Source of the DNA: an uncultured Planctomycetaceae bacterium
Lineage (GTDB): Bacteria; Planctomycetota; Planctomycetia; Planctomycetales; Planctomycetaceae
Length of the DNA stretch: 64,000 nt
Assembly (NCBI GenBank): GCA_963815195.1
Contig: CAWFGE010000007.1
Location: forward strand, 64,001 to 128,000
Reading direction: 5' to 3'
The position numbers were made by a program, and so were the translations under genes. Every line of letters starts with the position of its first letter. Position 1 is the stretch's first letter. This document shows positions 11,220 through 22,104 of the stretch, piece after piece. Below the pieces are notes generated by a model. It did no database searches, was not told where the DNA came from, and saw only the letters and a program-made list of their open reading frames with translations.

Positions 11220-11699
11220 GATGGACGAAGTGCCGCGTCCTTCATGTCCTTTGTCAACCGGTAATGCTTGCCGACCATGCTCAGCACGATCACCGCCTTG
11301 GGCTGCCCGTTGCGAATATCTTGAGCTTGTCGCAGCACTTCGGTGGCTTTCGCCAGCGCCGCGCACTTCCAACATACTAGCTTTGCAGGGAACAATGGCG
11401 AGGTTGGCGCGAAGCAATAATGCCCGGCTGGTTTCCGTTTGGCTGCCGGGACCGTCGGCCACGACGAAATCCGCTTCCTGGGCCAGGTTGGGCAATTCGC
11501 TAAGAATTACGTCCGGATTGTCGAGGCGAACGCTTTTGACTTGTGGGACGGCTTCGCGAATCCATTCGGAGGAGGATTGCTGACTGTCGCAATCGGCCAG
11601 GATCACTTGATGGCCCTGCTCGTGCAGCCAGCCCGCCAAATGCACGGCCACCGTGGACTTGCCGACGCCGCCCTTGGAATTTGCGATGGCGATAATCAT
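11220..11699 (-). pseudogene. parA: ParA-family partition ATPase (frameshifted near 11360, 3' truncated)
   Basis: MIIAIANSKGGVGKST deviant Walker A, then LADCDSQQS and VVADGPG. Confidence 0.85.
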
Positions 11700-11709
11700 G
11701 GGGCGAACC

Positions 11710-12030
11710 TACCAGCAGTCTGGCAGGCTGGCAAGCATTATTTCCTGCAAGCCAGCAAGACAGTTCGCCATCACGACAACATGTCATCCTGATGGCTTGA
11801 TGGAAAGCCAGTCGTCTTTCACCCTTGCAAGATGGATTGCTTGCAAGCTGTCCCATTGTCGTTCCAGATTGCTGGCAAGCTGACATGCATGCAAGCCGGT
11901 TGGATGGCTCGCAAGTTGTCTGGCAAGACAGCATGCGGACCGGCTTGAAAGATGCTTTCCCGGTGAAATCTGCCTTAGCAAAGCTAAGGGAAGATGTCTG
12001 AACACAAATCATTTGGGCCAGCAAGCCAAC
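11710..12030. repeat. Dispersed GCAAG/GCTGGC short repeats upstream of parA (centromere/operator-like)
   Basis: Repeated gctggcaagc, gcaagccagc, gcttgcaagc and tctggcaagac motifs. Confidence 0.5.
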
Positions 12031-12254
12031 TGACTCAGGGAAAGCGAGGAAATGGGCGGGCGATCTGGCAGGGAAATGATCGGTTGGAGACGGAGTAAGT
12101 TGGGTGGCTGAGACGCCGCCCGACTGGAGCCGCACCTGCGTCAGGACTTCGGGATGCGGGACGGCGTCCGGGTTGTCCGGGTGTTCGGCGTCAATTAGCT
12201 CTGCTCTTTAGCGTCAATTAGATTGACCGTGCAAGAGGGAGAAATCGACGGGCA

Positions 12255-12707
12255 TCAGCCTTTGGAGCCAGGCTTTGACTCGTCCGAATCGGCCGAGTTT
12301 TTCTTGTTTTTCTTGGCGGTTTCCAAGCGGTAGCTGGGGATGTTCAACTCGATGATGATCGAGTGATGGATCAAACGGTCGATGGCCGCCGCGGTCGTCA
12401 TGGGATCCTTGAAGATTTGCTCCCATTGAGAGAAAGGCAGATTGCTGCTGATCAGAAGGCTGCCCCGTTCGTAGCGTTCGGCCAGGAGCGTGAACAGCAC
12501 TTCCATCTCCTCGCGGCTCTGTTGAACATAGCCCAAGTCGTCGATGATCAGCGCTTCGTAGCGGCTGAGCTTTTTGATCCACTTCTCCAACCGCAGGTCG
12601 CGTTTGGCCCGCAGGAGTTCTTGGACCAGCATCTGGCAGGTTGTGAATAACACCGTGCGGCCTTGACGCGCGAGTTGGTCGCCGAGTGCGGATAACAGAT
12701 TCGTCTT
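12255..12707 (-). pseudogene. istB: IstB ATPase, C-terminal part
   Basis: KTNLLSALG...LIIDDLGY...LLAERYERGSLLISSNLPFSQWEQIFKDPMTTAAAIDRLIHH. Confidence 0.9.
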
Positions 12708-12710
12708 GAC

Positions 12711-14784
12711 TCAGCCATTGTTGTGCCCCCTTGGGATAGTGATTTGCTCGGTTTCGTGATTTTTGAGTTTTAGCATGGCGTCTTTAACCTCCTCAGTTTT
12801 GGGAAACAGATAGCACCGATAAATTGGATCGACAGAAACCACGATCTGTCTTTGCTCAATTTTATGATACATCCAGGATATGTTGCGCCGATTTCCTGAG
12901 CCATTTCCGCGGCGGTCCAGGCATGGGGCAGGTTCTTTGCACGCGGGCTTTTGATCCGGTAGCGATGTCTTAACTTGTTCACGATTTGCGAGGTGAATTG
13001 TTCGCCACGACAGGGATGATGGCCTTCGCGATTGAGATCCGCCGCGATCATTTCACTCGACCGGCCTTCGCTGGTTTCTTGCCGGATGCGTTCCACGATG
13101 TGCTCTTCCAAGTCCGTGTGTTTCATTGAAAAACGCCGTAGGAGAGCCGACGTTTCGGTCACCGAACCGCCGGCCCAGACCATGCGAATTTGCACCAGCC
13201 CATCCGATTGCCGGTGAAGATTGACTCCCGTAATCATCGTCCGCAACAACGACTTCTTCGCCTCCCAAGACAACTCGGGCCAGAGTTCGGGAAGCTGCCG
13301 CCCGACATCCGCGAAGGCGTCTCGCAAGGACTTTGGTACGCGGATCGGTTGGGGAATTTCTCGGCGGGCATCCGCCAGGTTTTCTTCGGCTTGCTTTTGC
13401 GCCAACAAAGCCGATTCCCATTTCTCTTCCAGACTGGCCGCAATCAAACGGTTCTTGGGATCGACACAGTCGTATTGTTGCTCGGCCCGATGGGCGGCGT
13501 ATTGCAACGCCCGACGTCTTGCTCCAAATGCCGAACCACGTCCGCATGCGTGCGAGCCCTTTCGGCGGAGAGTTTCTCCAACACATCGATCTCGGCAGGC
13601 CGCAGCACTTCAAAGAAAGCTTCCGTCACCGCCTCGTCGATCTTGTTGCCGCCCAAGTACTGGCAGGATCGTTGGGCGTAATGCCGATAGCCAGAATTGC
13701 ATGAGTATTGAAAGCGGTTCTCCTTGTAATTCACTCCCATCGTTCGACCGCATTTTCCGCAGCGCAATAAGCCCGTTAACAACGCGCAGCCGTTGCGGAT
13801 GGCTTGCTTGGCGGCGAGTCGTTGTTGGATGCGGAGGTTGTTTTGAGCGATTCGGCGTTGGTTGTCTTCGTACTGCTCCCAACTGATATAGGCCGGGTAG
13901 ATGCCGGGAATTAAGACCGACCATTCCGCTTGGGGCCGGCGCGTGCGACCCGTGGCAGGACGACCGGGAATTCGTAGCGTGGGATCGACTTGCCGACGCC
14001 CATGAGCAAACGCGCCTGCATAAGCCGGGTTATGCAGGATCGAGCCCAACGAAGCGGCCGTGGCTTCTCTCCAAAACACTTCGCCCGCATAAAGGCCCGA
14101 AACTTGGCGCCGGGGAATCTTCAAATTTTTCTTGGCCAGGAACGTCAAGACTTTTTGAATCGTGCCCAACTCCACGAACTTGTCGAACACCAAATGCAAT
14201 CGCTTTTGAATGCTCAGATCGGGATCGAGCATCACCGCCTTGTCCAGATTGCGGACCAAGCCCGTCGGCAAGTTTTGCACCAACTCGCCCCGCGCGGCCT
14301 TCGACAATCGACCCGCGTCCAATCGCAATCGGAGGCTATGGAGCTCTGCCGAAGACATCGTGCCCTTCAAGCCTAAGAGGAGCCTGTCGTTGAAATCCCG
14401 TGGATGATACAACCCATCCACATCACCGATGAGTGTGTCAAAGATCGCACACAATTCCAACAGTCGATGCCAATCCACATCGTTGCGGGAAAGCCGTGAA
14501 ACTTCATAGCCCAGAATGATGCCGACCTTACCCAAGCCGACGTCGGCGACCATCTGTTGAAAGGCCCCGCGTCCCGCCGTTTGCGTGGCCGATTGCCCTT
14601 GATCATCCTCCAGGATGCTGACTTGTTCCGGCTTCCACCCCAACTCCAACAACCGGGTTTTCAAGGCTCGCTGGTTGTGGGCACTCTCTTGGTTTTTCTC
14701 GACCTGCTTCGTCGTGCTCTGACGAAGATATACGATCCCGCGGCGATTCAAATGGCTGGTGCTGACTTTCATCGATCCGTTCAT
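12711..14784 (-). CDS. Large serine recombinase (frameshifts near 13510 and 12885)
   Basis: IVYLRQST catalytic Ser, EVSRLSRN, recombinase domain (ILHNPAYAG), zinc ribbon LRCGKCG..YSC..C, coiled coil VDPKNRLIAASLEEKWE, and a C-terminal HTH. The stop lies 3 nt from the element end. Confidence 0.9.
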
Positions 14785-15140
14785 GCTCCAGTTCCTCCGT
14801 TAGAATGACGACGATTTGCTGGATGATCCGCTGCTGCTCTGGAAGAGTCAGACGGTTCCACACCTGGTCCGTGGCAATGGGTGACATCGGCTTCCCTCCG
14901 AGAAAGAATATCCCGAAAGGTAGTCACCAAATCCTGGAGCGCGTCCAGGGTCAGACAGGAAGTTTTTTGGGGAGGAGCGGTGGAAAGGTTCGTGCTGCTG
15001 ACGTCGATGTAGGTCATCTCGTCAGGAAAAATCTCGACTTGATAATACTGACGATAACCTGGCAGGCGGGCTAAGCCGAACAAATCAAATGTTCGGCCAT
15101 AAAGCGGATGGGCCGGATCGGTGACGGTGATCTCACCGCG
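14781..15140 (-). CDS. Small recombinase-associated protein (DUF5372/Y4bD-like; start uncertain)
   Basis: ITVTDPAHPLYGRTF...LTLDALQDLV. Its stop overlaps the recombinase start (ATGA). Confidence 0.55.
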   Translation of the reverse strand, partial: RGEITVTDPAHPLYGRTFDLFGLARLPGYRQYYQVEIFPDEMTYIDVSSTNLSTAPPQKTSCLTLDALQDLVTTFRDILSRREADVTHCHGPGVEPSDSSRAAADHPANRRHSNGGTGA

Positions 15141-15180
15141 CGATAACTGAGTGACCAGAGGTGTCTTGTGATGGTCGGAC

Positions 15181-15580
15181 CTTCCCCGAGCCGGGCGCCG
15201 AAAATCAGCAAGTTGTCGCGACGGTCCAAGAACGTGCCGCTCTTGAGGGTCTCGAATTGCTGGGTCACATGCAGGGGCAGCCGCGACCATTGGAATTGCT
15301 CCCAGGTTTTGCCTTCCAAGAGCTTCGAGTTCCTGAGCAGCCGATCGATGCGGTTTTGGTGACGGGCCTGGCATTCCTTCTGAGTCAATTCCCAGAGGTA
15401 TTGGGGATGCGTCCAATTCTCCCGCGCCGCCTGTTCGGCCACCATCGGGTATTGTTCCCGAAACGTCGGCAGCTTGAGTTCTTTCAGTTGGTCCGCCAAC
15501 CGGGCGGGATGGATCGCCGGCGAAGGACTCGCGGTCTTCGCCGCCCTGGGGGTCTTCGAGGGAGACGTTTTCTTCTTCAT
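15181..15580 (-). pseudogene. istB: IstB ATPase, N-terminal part
   Basis: LKELKLPTF...YLWELTQKECQAR..RIDRLLRNSKL..KTWEQF...NLLIFG, ending at the Walker A motif. Confidence 0.9.
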
Positions 15581-16465
15581 TATGAGAAACCTCCTGTGAG
15601 GGGAGTAAGGAATCGAACACGGACAGATCGGGAGGCTCGACGCGAACCTCCAAGGGACTGGGCAATTGCTGCCGGCGTTTGACGAGGTCCAGGACTTTCT
15701 CCGCCTGGACCGGAATGCCTTCGGAGAGGCACCACCTGAGCACGTCATCCACCAAGTCCAAGCCTTCGTGCTTGGCGGCGTGCAGGATTTTCAGATACTG
15801 CTTGATTGCGGATTTCTCGTCATTTCGGGAGACGAGTTGATCGTAGGCCATCCGAAACCGAGTCGTCGGATACAGATGATTGACGTATTTGTAATTGAGG
15901 AAGGCCCCCGGCTTTCGGATCAAGGAATCGATCACATGCCGAAAGTCGATGTGCTCTTTGCCTTGACCAAACAGCCTCGGGAGGCGTTCCAAGCAGTCCC
16001 CGCGATACCGAAGCTCCAGATGGTCTTGATGAATCAGAATGTCGAGTTCCAAGCCGACGTACTGGCTGCTCACCGAATACAGGTTGCGTTTGATCCTCAA
16101 GATGCAATCGGATTTGACCTGCACCCGCACGCGAGTGGTCGAGGGCAGCCGCTTGAAAGGCAATGGCCGAAGCGCCGCACATTCCTTCTCAAAGGCACTG
16201 GTCCGCCCGGCATTGCGGCGCGTCACCACTTGCTTTAAGAACTCCCGGTATGCCTCGACTGTCTCGAAGTCGCGATGGCCCCGCAGCCGGAGGGTCTGAT
16301 CCAGCCAGGTCTTGAAGTGGCCGTGGGCCGACTCCACATCCCCGTTCTCGTGAGGCTTTCGCACGTTGATCCGATGCCCTTTGAGGCCATAGTGATCCAA
16401 CAGCGCTTGGTACGCTCTCGCGAATTGCTTGTCGCTGGAGAGGTTGTTCACCGCCGCTGACAGGC
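15581..16465 (-). pseudogene. istA: IstA transposase, C-terminal part
   Basis: SLSAAVNNL...LLDHYG...HENGDVESAHGHFK...NLYSVSS...IDFRHVIDSLIRKPGAFLNY. Confidence 0.9.
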
Positions 16466-17651
16466 TGCACAGCGTTTCGAAGCTCGGCACGCGGCCGCGT
16501 TCGAGGGCCTGTTTCAGTCCCGTGAGCCGCCAGTTGGTGTAGCCGTGGATGTGGCCGTTTTCGTCGCCGCATTGCTCATAGAGAGATGCCAACCCTTCGT
16601 TGAACCAGGACGGGCAAGCCGGAAAATTGGCGGCCATGAAGGGGTGCACGATTTCATGGACCAGCGTCCCGCCGCCGGTGGAGATATTCATCACCAAGGC
16701 GTTGTGGGCCGCACTGTAATAGCCGTAGGGCGTCGTGGGCCGGTCCCTCAAAAACTCCCAGGCGTGTTTTTCGTAGCTGTCCTTGTCCTGAAACAGCCAG
16801 ACATTGATGATGTCGTCCGGATCGCGCTGGAAAAAATCTTTCTTGAGTCTTTTGACCGCCCACTCGACCGTCTGCCGGCTGCGGCGTTTGACCCTCTCCG
16901 CGTCTTCGTCACCGACGACGACGAAGGGCTTTTCAATGACCATCGTGAAATCCCGGCCGGCGAGTTTCTCCTTCAGCCCCAGGATGTGCTGGGCAAAGTC
17001 GGCATCGGTCATCCGCCGGGTCCTGGAGCCTTCCTTCAAATGATCCGGAACCAGGGGCATGCGGATCAGCGTCCATTTCTTGGGATCGTACTTCAGCGGC
17101 CAGAGCTTCAAAAACAGTTCGCGGTCCATTCGCCGATAGGCCCCGTCCTTCGCCGCCGGCTCGTGGTAGATGACTTCATCGTCCCGCTGGGAATAGCCCA
17201 CGATCAGGCGGAAATGCTCCGTGGTGCGGGGCTGGTCGCTGTAATGCATGCAGACGATGGAAGGCACGCCTCGCTTCAGGTCGCGGTGGAGTTGGCGGAA
17301 TTGGGCGTCCAATTCGGCCTCCGCGCGGTCGGCTTCGATCGCATACCACGCCGGGCCGATGTCGAAGCCGATGGTTTTGAGCGAGTTTACCAAATCCCGC
17401 GTGTAGCAACCTCGGCCCAGGAGCGGATCGAGACCGGATTGATCGAACACCCAATCTTGATCGACCGTCCGCCCCAACCGCTGCATCGCCATCGCCACGC
17501 AGGCTTCGCCGCAGAAGTCGGGCTTTTGCCGAATGTGGGGCATGTTTTCGATCATCACACTGTCGAGCGGGGAATCGACCTGGGCGGTCGAACTCCACAA
17601 AACGCCCAACGAACTCGGCAACAATAGCAAAGGGACCGCAAACTTCCACAT
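16466..17651 (-). CDS. Exported C39-like peptidase plus gluzincin-like domain, 3' truncated and fused in frame to istA
   Basis: Signal peptide; HIRQKPDFCGEAC...EHFRLIVGY..YHEP; HEIVH...WFNEGLASLYE. Confidence 0.75.
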
Positions 17652-17700
17652 GGGATTCGCCTTTTTGGAAGATGAACTTGGGTTTGAAAAAAGTAGGCCC

Positions 17701-17783
17701 GCCCCGTTGGGGCTTTTGCATCTTGTTCGTTCCCGTTTCCCAGGGCTTCGCCCTGGGCTGACATAGAGCCGGACCTTCGGTCC
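17701..17783. repeat. REP-like cluster of short palindromes
   Basis: gccccgttggggc, cccagggcttcgccctggg and ggaccttcggtcc. Confidence 0.65.
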
Positions 17784-17857
17784 TTTTTCCGTAATTTGGA
17801 ACGACTGAATTGAATATCCGTACTTCAAAAAGCTCAGGAAATTGGTTTGGTTTTCAA

Positions 17858-17975
17858 GAGCCGCGCACGAAGTAAGCGGTTTTCAGGGACTCAGACAACG
17901 CAAGACCGCTTACTTCGTGCGCGGCTCAGGCCTTTTTGCAAGACCGCTTACTTCGTGCGCGGCTCAGGCCTTTTT
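17858..17975. repeat. REP/BIME-like array: one 23-bp unit plus two inverted copies in a 38-bp tandem
   Basis: gagccgcgcacgaagtaagcggt at 17858-17880. Its reverse complement lies within identical 38-mers at 17900-17937 and 17938-17975. Confidence 0.85.
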
Positions 17976-18069
17976 GGAATCGCTGAATTCACCAAAGCGA
18001 GCCTCGCCCTTTATGGTAAACGAAAACGCGGAGGGCAGTGTAACGATTCGGTAACGAACGCGGCCGCTC

Positions 18070-18108
18070 AAAAAAACAACCGGGGCAGATGGCGATCTGC
18101 CCCGGTTG
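18070..18108 (-). terminator. Intrinsic terminator
   Basis: Minus strand reads caaccggggcagat-cgcc-atctgccccggttg-ttttttt, downstream of the 18136 stop. Confidence 0.85.
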
Positions 18109-18135
18109 CGTTGATTCTCTGGTTTCGCAAGCCGT

Positions 18136-20004
18136 CTAGCGAACCAGAACCGTGCGGAGTTCCACGACCTGCGGCGAGATCTGATTCGCCAGCCGGTCGA
18201 GGTGCGGTTTCTCCGCCGTGGTGCAGCGTTGGATGTCGTCGTATAGCCGCCGCCAATCCCGCGTGAGTTGGTCGGCTTGTCGCGCGAGGTCCTGGGCGTT
18301 TGCCTGGCGGGCCAGCATTTCGTGAATCTGCTGGCAGTCCTGCCGGAACGCGCTCGCGTCCTGGATCGCATAATCGCGGAAATCCACGGCCCGCGTGCTG
18401 AGCCATTGGCCGACGTCGTTTTCCAGATGCCGGGCCAGGTTGTCCAAGGACGCGGCGATTTCCACGACGTTCTGATTGTAGCCGCCTGGGCTGGTTCCCG
18501 CTTGTACCTGAAGCGCTTGCCCCAAGGCCTGGATGTTGTTGTCGATTTCCGCCAGCACCTGCTGGGCCGCCTGGCTTTTTAGCGGTCGAAACACGCTGGA
18601 GAACGACCGCCACGAATCCTCGATGTAATGGTAGGCATCGACGATCTGCTGCACGTCTTCCCCGCGCGAGACCACGTCGGTGAAGTTCTGGCAGACGCCG
18701 TAAAACTCATCCGCCACGGTCAAAACTTGATCCGAGTTGGGCAGTTCGATCATGAGTTTCAGCGGGGCTCGCACGAAGAAGTCGTCCACATCCCGCTTGA
18801 GCACGCTGCACAGATACAGCAGCTTTTCGCGGTCCATCTGGTAAGGCAGCCACAACAGTTCGTGGATCGAGCTGTCCACGTCGTTGACCCGGCGAACGCT
18901 CCGCTCGACGTAGCGGTTGTTGAGCGGACGCAAATCCGTCGCATACGGATACCACACCCGCTGGAACTCGCGGTATTGCGCGGCGACTTGCTGATAATCG
19001 CCGGTGTCCCCGACGGTGTTGGCGACCTGGCGGGCTTGCTGTTCGATCCGCCGGCCCCTAAGCAAAAGATCGATCTGCTGCTGCGAACGCGGGACTTCGA
19101 TTTCGATGTCGTCCATCAGGTTGTGCAAATCAGCCGACAGCGCCGCCGTCTTCCGCAAGAGGTCTTGCCGGTCGAGCTGCGGCGAGATTTCAAAGGTTTT
19201 GCCGAGTTCCTTCGCGAAGGAGTTCAACTGTTGAATTTGGGTGACCGTGCGGCTGTCGAGGCCGCGCACTTGGGCCAGGCGGTACGAAAGCAGCCGCCAG
19301 TCGCGGTCGAGGTCTTTGAGGTCCGGGATGATCATTTGATGGTCGTTGTACTGCCGGCTGCGGTCAGCGAGCATCGCCACCCGCGCCCTCAGGCGGAGCA
19401 CATCGTCGAGATACGGACGCAAGCCCGGCACCCGCCGCATGTCGTCGTTGAGAAGCGTCGCCAACTGGTCGGCATCGCGGGAGACCTCCGCCAGCACGCG
19501 CTGGGCTTCCCGCATCTGCGGAGTCGGGGACGTTAAATTGGTCCGAGGGGCCGGAAGCGGGGTGCTTCCCAGCGGATCGTACAAGCGGTTTTGATCGCGG
19601 CGGTCGAATTCATTTTGCATCAACGGCTTCAATAAATCATCCACGTTTTCGCGTCCGCCGTCGTTGCGATAGCGGGGATCGTCGCGGGCGATCCGGTAGC
19701 GGGGATCGTTGCGATCGTACCGCGGATCGGTGTTGTTGTATCGAGGATCGTTGCGATCGTACCGGGGATCGGTGTTGTTGCGGGGATCGGTGTTGTTGCG
19801 GGGATCGGTGTTGTTGCGGGGATCGGTGTTGTTGTATCGGGGATCGTTGCGATCGTACCTCGGATCGCTCGGCGAGCGAAAATTGTCCTGCCCCAACAGC
19901 TTCGCCCCGATGATGGAAACGCCGAGTCCCATCAGCAACGCCCCCAACACCCACCGCGGACTGCGCAAAGCAGCCTTTAACCAGCCAAGACTCATCGCGT
20001 GCAT
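18136..20004 (-). CDS. Exported helical hypothetical protein with N-terminal DPR(Y) repeats
   Basis: 622 aa ORF with a hydrophobic N-terminus and DPRYDRN/DPRYNNT/DPRNNT repeats at ~19670-19866. Confidence 0.8.
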   Translation of the reverse strand: MHAMSLGWLKAALRSPRWVLGALLMGLGVSIIGAKLLGQDNFRSPSDPRYDRNDPRYNNTDPRNNTDPRNNTDPRNNTDPRYDRNDPRYNNTDPRYDRNDPRYRIARDDPRYRNDGGRENVDDLLKPLMQNEFDRRDQNRLYDPLGSTPLPAPRTNLTSPTPQMREAQRVLAEVSRDADQLATLLNDDMRRVPGLRPYLDDVLRLRARVAMLADRSRQYNDHQMIIPDLKDLDRDWRLLSYRLAQVRGLDSRTVTQIQQLNSFAKELGKTFEISPQLDRQDLLRKTAALSADLHNLMDDIEIEVPRSQQQIDLLLRGRRIEQQARQVANTVGDTGDYQQVAAQYREFQRVWYPYATDLRPLNNRYVERSVRRVNDVDSSIHELLWLPYQMDREKLLYLCSVLKRDVDDFFVRAPLKLMIELPNSDQVLTVADEFYGVCQNFTDVVSRGEDVQQIVDAYHYIEDSWRSFSSVFRPLKSQAAQQVLAEIDNNIQALGQALQVQAGTSPGGYNQNVVEIAASLDNLARHLENDVGQWLSTRAVDFRDYAIQDASAFRQDCQQIHEMLARQANAQDLARQADQLTRDWRRLYDDIQRCTTAEKPHLDRLANQISPQVVELRTVLVR

Positions 20005-20190
20005 CCTTTCGTTCGATCAATCTGGGTCAAAAATGTTCCTGCACAATCCCGCAGATAGGCAAAGGTCGCCTTGCCCCCCATTCGGGAATTGGCGAATTAT
20101 GCTTATCTTTACAGAATTGCCAAGATCAGTTCGTCGAACTTTTCTCGCGGGTCGAACGAGCAAAACGCGAAACGCGGGAAAACCCGGAGG

Positions 20191-20853
20191 TTATTCCGAA
20201 TCGTGGCGAGCCTTTAGAATGAACTCCCGCACCAAATCGGGATCCTTGCGGGGCGGGGACGTTTCGACGCCGCTCGCCACATCGACGCCCCAAGGATGCA
20301 CCGCGGCAATGGCCGGGCGGACGTTCCCGGGCGTCAGCCCGCCCGCGAGAATCAACGGCGGCCAGTCGGCGAAGGGATAGTCGCGGGCCAACACGTCCCA
20401 GGCCACCGTCTTCCCCGACCCGCCGTAAACCCCCTCGACCCGCGCATCCAAAAGACACGCCGACAGCTCGACCCCCAACTCCCGGCAGCGATCCAGATAG
20501 TCCGCCAGTTCCGCCAGGCCTTCGGGGCCCATCCGCCAGGCGCGGATGAGTTTCACATCCGGCAGCGAATCCTGAATGTCCGCAAGGAACTCCGGCGGTT
20601 CATCGCCGTGGAGCTGGGCAAAATCCAACCGGGCCTGATACGCCACCGCCGCAATTTCGCAAAGCGGAACGTTCACGAACACCCCGGCGACCGCAACGGA
20701 TTCGGGAAGCGCTTTCGCGATCTGCTTGGCCGTGTCGAGTTCCACGAACCGGGGCGAAGCCGGGTAAAAGTTCAGCCCGACCGCATCCGGCCCGAAGCCT
20801 GCGACCATTTGAACGGTCGGCACGTCCCCAATCCCGCAAATCTTCACCCACAT
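20191..20853 (-). CDS. trpF: Phosphoribosylanthranilate isomerase
   Basis: VKICGI, QLHGDE, GGSGK, LILAGGLTPGNV, GVDVASGVE. Confidence 0.95.
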   Translation of the reverse strand: MWVKICGIGDVPTVQMVAGFGPDAVGLNFYPASPRFVELDTAKQIAKALPESVAVAGVFVNVPLCEIAAVAYQARLDFAQLHGDEPPEFLADIQDSLPDVKLIRAWRMGPEGLAELADYLDRCRELGVELSACLLDARVEGVYGGSGKTVAWDVLARDYPFADWPPLILAGGLTPGNVRPAIAAVHPWGVDVASGVETSPPRKDPDLVREFILKARHDSE

Positions 20854-21027
20854 CGTCTTGCCAGATTTCGCCTCGGAAAAAGGTGTCCTAAAGTGTTATT
20901 GTGGAAGTTTGCCGAGCGTCTGAAAAGGGCGGGGTTGACCTTCAAACCAGGGGACCTGGCTGTTAGGATTCCGCCGGCCCTGGAAAATGCCGACGCCCGA
21001 TGTTTTGATTCAACGAGGTAAACCCGC

Positions 21028-22104
21028 ATGTTGCATGCCGTGATTATGGCCGGCGGAAGCGGAACGCGATTCTGGCCGCAAAGCCGCCATCAGCGCCCCA
21101 AGCAATTATTGCCCCTGGCGGGGCCGCGGACAATGATCCAGGACACGGTGGACCGGATCGCCCCGTTTATCGCGGCCGAAAAGACGTGGATCGTCACCAA
21201 CCGCCGGCAAGCCGTGGAAACCGCCCGTCAGCTGCCCCAAGTCCCGGCCGACCAAGTGTTGATCGAACCCTGCGGACGAAACACCGCCCCGTGCATCGGC
21301 CTCGCGGCGATTCGCTTGCTCGACCGCGATCCCGACGCCGTGATGCTCGTAATGCCCGCCGACCATGTCATCGGCACGAAGCCGGAGTTTGAAGCAGCCG
21401 TCCGCGGCGCGGCGGAAATCCTCCAAAACGATCCCGCCGCCTTGGTGTTGTTCGGCGTCACGCCCACCTATCCGGCGACGGGGTTTGGATACATCGAACG
21501 CGGCGAGCCGCTCGCCGGCCATTCGAAGGTGTACAGCGTGGCCAGTTTCCACGAAAAGCCCGACCGCGAAACCGCCGACCGCTTCCTGGCCACGGGAAAA
21601 TTCTATTGGAACTGCGGCATCTTCGTCTGGCGGGCCGATCGCATCCTCGCCGCGATCGAGGAATACGAACCGGAAATCGCGGAAAAACTCGATGCGCTGA
21701 AACCGGCGATCGACACCGACAATTGGGACGATGCACTCGAAAAAACCTTTCCGGAGATGAAGTCCATCTCCATCGACTATGCCGTGCTCGAACGCGCGCC
21801 GGGCGTTTGCGTGGTGGAGGCGCCGTTTGCGTGGGACGATGTGGGGAGTTGGGAAGCCTTGCCCCGGCTGCTCGGCGAAGATGAGAATGGCAACACCGTG
21901 GACGGAATGTTTTGCGGATTAAACTCGAAGCGGTGCATCGTTCGCTCGACGGTCGAAAATCATCTCATCGCCGTTGCGGGCATGGAGGATTGCATCATCG
22001 TGCATACGCCCGATGCGACCTTGGTGGCGAAGAAGGACAACCCCGAAGCCGTGAAACATCTCGTGGCCCTGATCGAAAAGGCCGGCTATGACCAGTTCCT
22101 CTGA
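21028..22104 (+). CDS. manC: Mannose-1-phosphate guanylyltransferase
   Basis: [57 protein letters not shown]. Confidence 0.93.
   Translation: MLHAVIMAGGSGTRFWPQSRHQRPKQLLPLAGPRTMIQDTVDRIAPFIAAEKTWIVTNRRQAVETARQLPQVPADQVLIEPCGRNTAPCIGLAAIRLLDRDPDAVMLVMPADHVIGTKPEFEAAVRGAAEILQNDPAALVLFGVTPTYPATGFGYIERGEPLAGHSKVYSVASFHEKPDRETADRFLATGKFYWNCGIFVWRADRILAAIEEYEPEIAEKLDALKPAIDTDNWDDALEKTFPEMKSISIDYAVLERAPGVCVVEAPFAWDDVGSWEALPRLLGEDENGNTVDGMFCGLNSKRCIVRSTVENHLIAVAGMEDCIIVHTPDATLVAKKDNPEAVKHLVALIEKAGYDQFL

Larger units (their letters stand above)
12708..15180 (-). mobile_element. Serine-recombinase integrative element inserted in istB
   Basis: Bounded by AAG on both sides (minus strand; 15181-15183 and 12705-12707). 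Removing it rejoins G(A)PGSGK to TNLLSALG. Confidence 0.85.
12182..16465 (-). mobile_element. IS21-family element, left end missing, interrupted by a recombinase element
   Basis: istA 3' part and istB. The right end has repeated gcgtcaattag (12188, 12211) and ends in CA on the minus strand at 12182. Confidence 0.85.

Noticed and set aside
14781..17828. A genuine 1015-aa protein
   Set aside because: It is a chimera of the peptidase gene, istA, an off-frame read through istB and the small recombinase-associated ORF.
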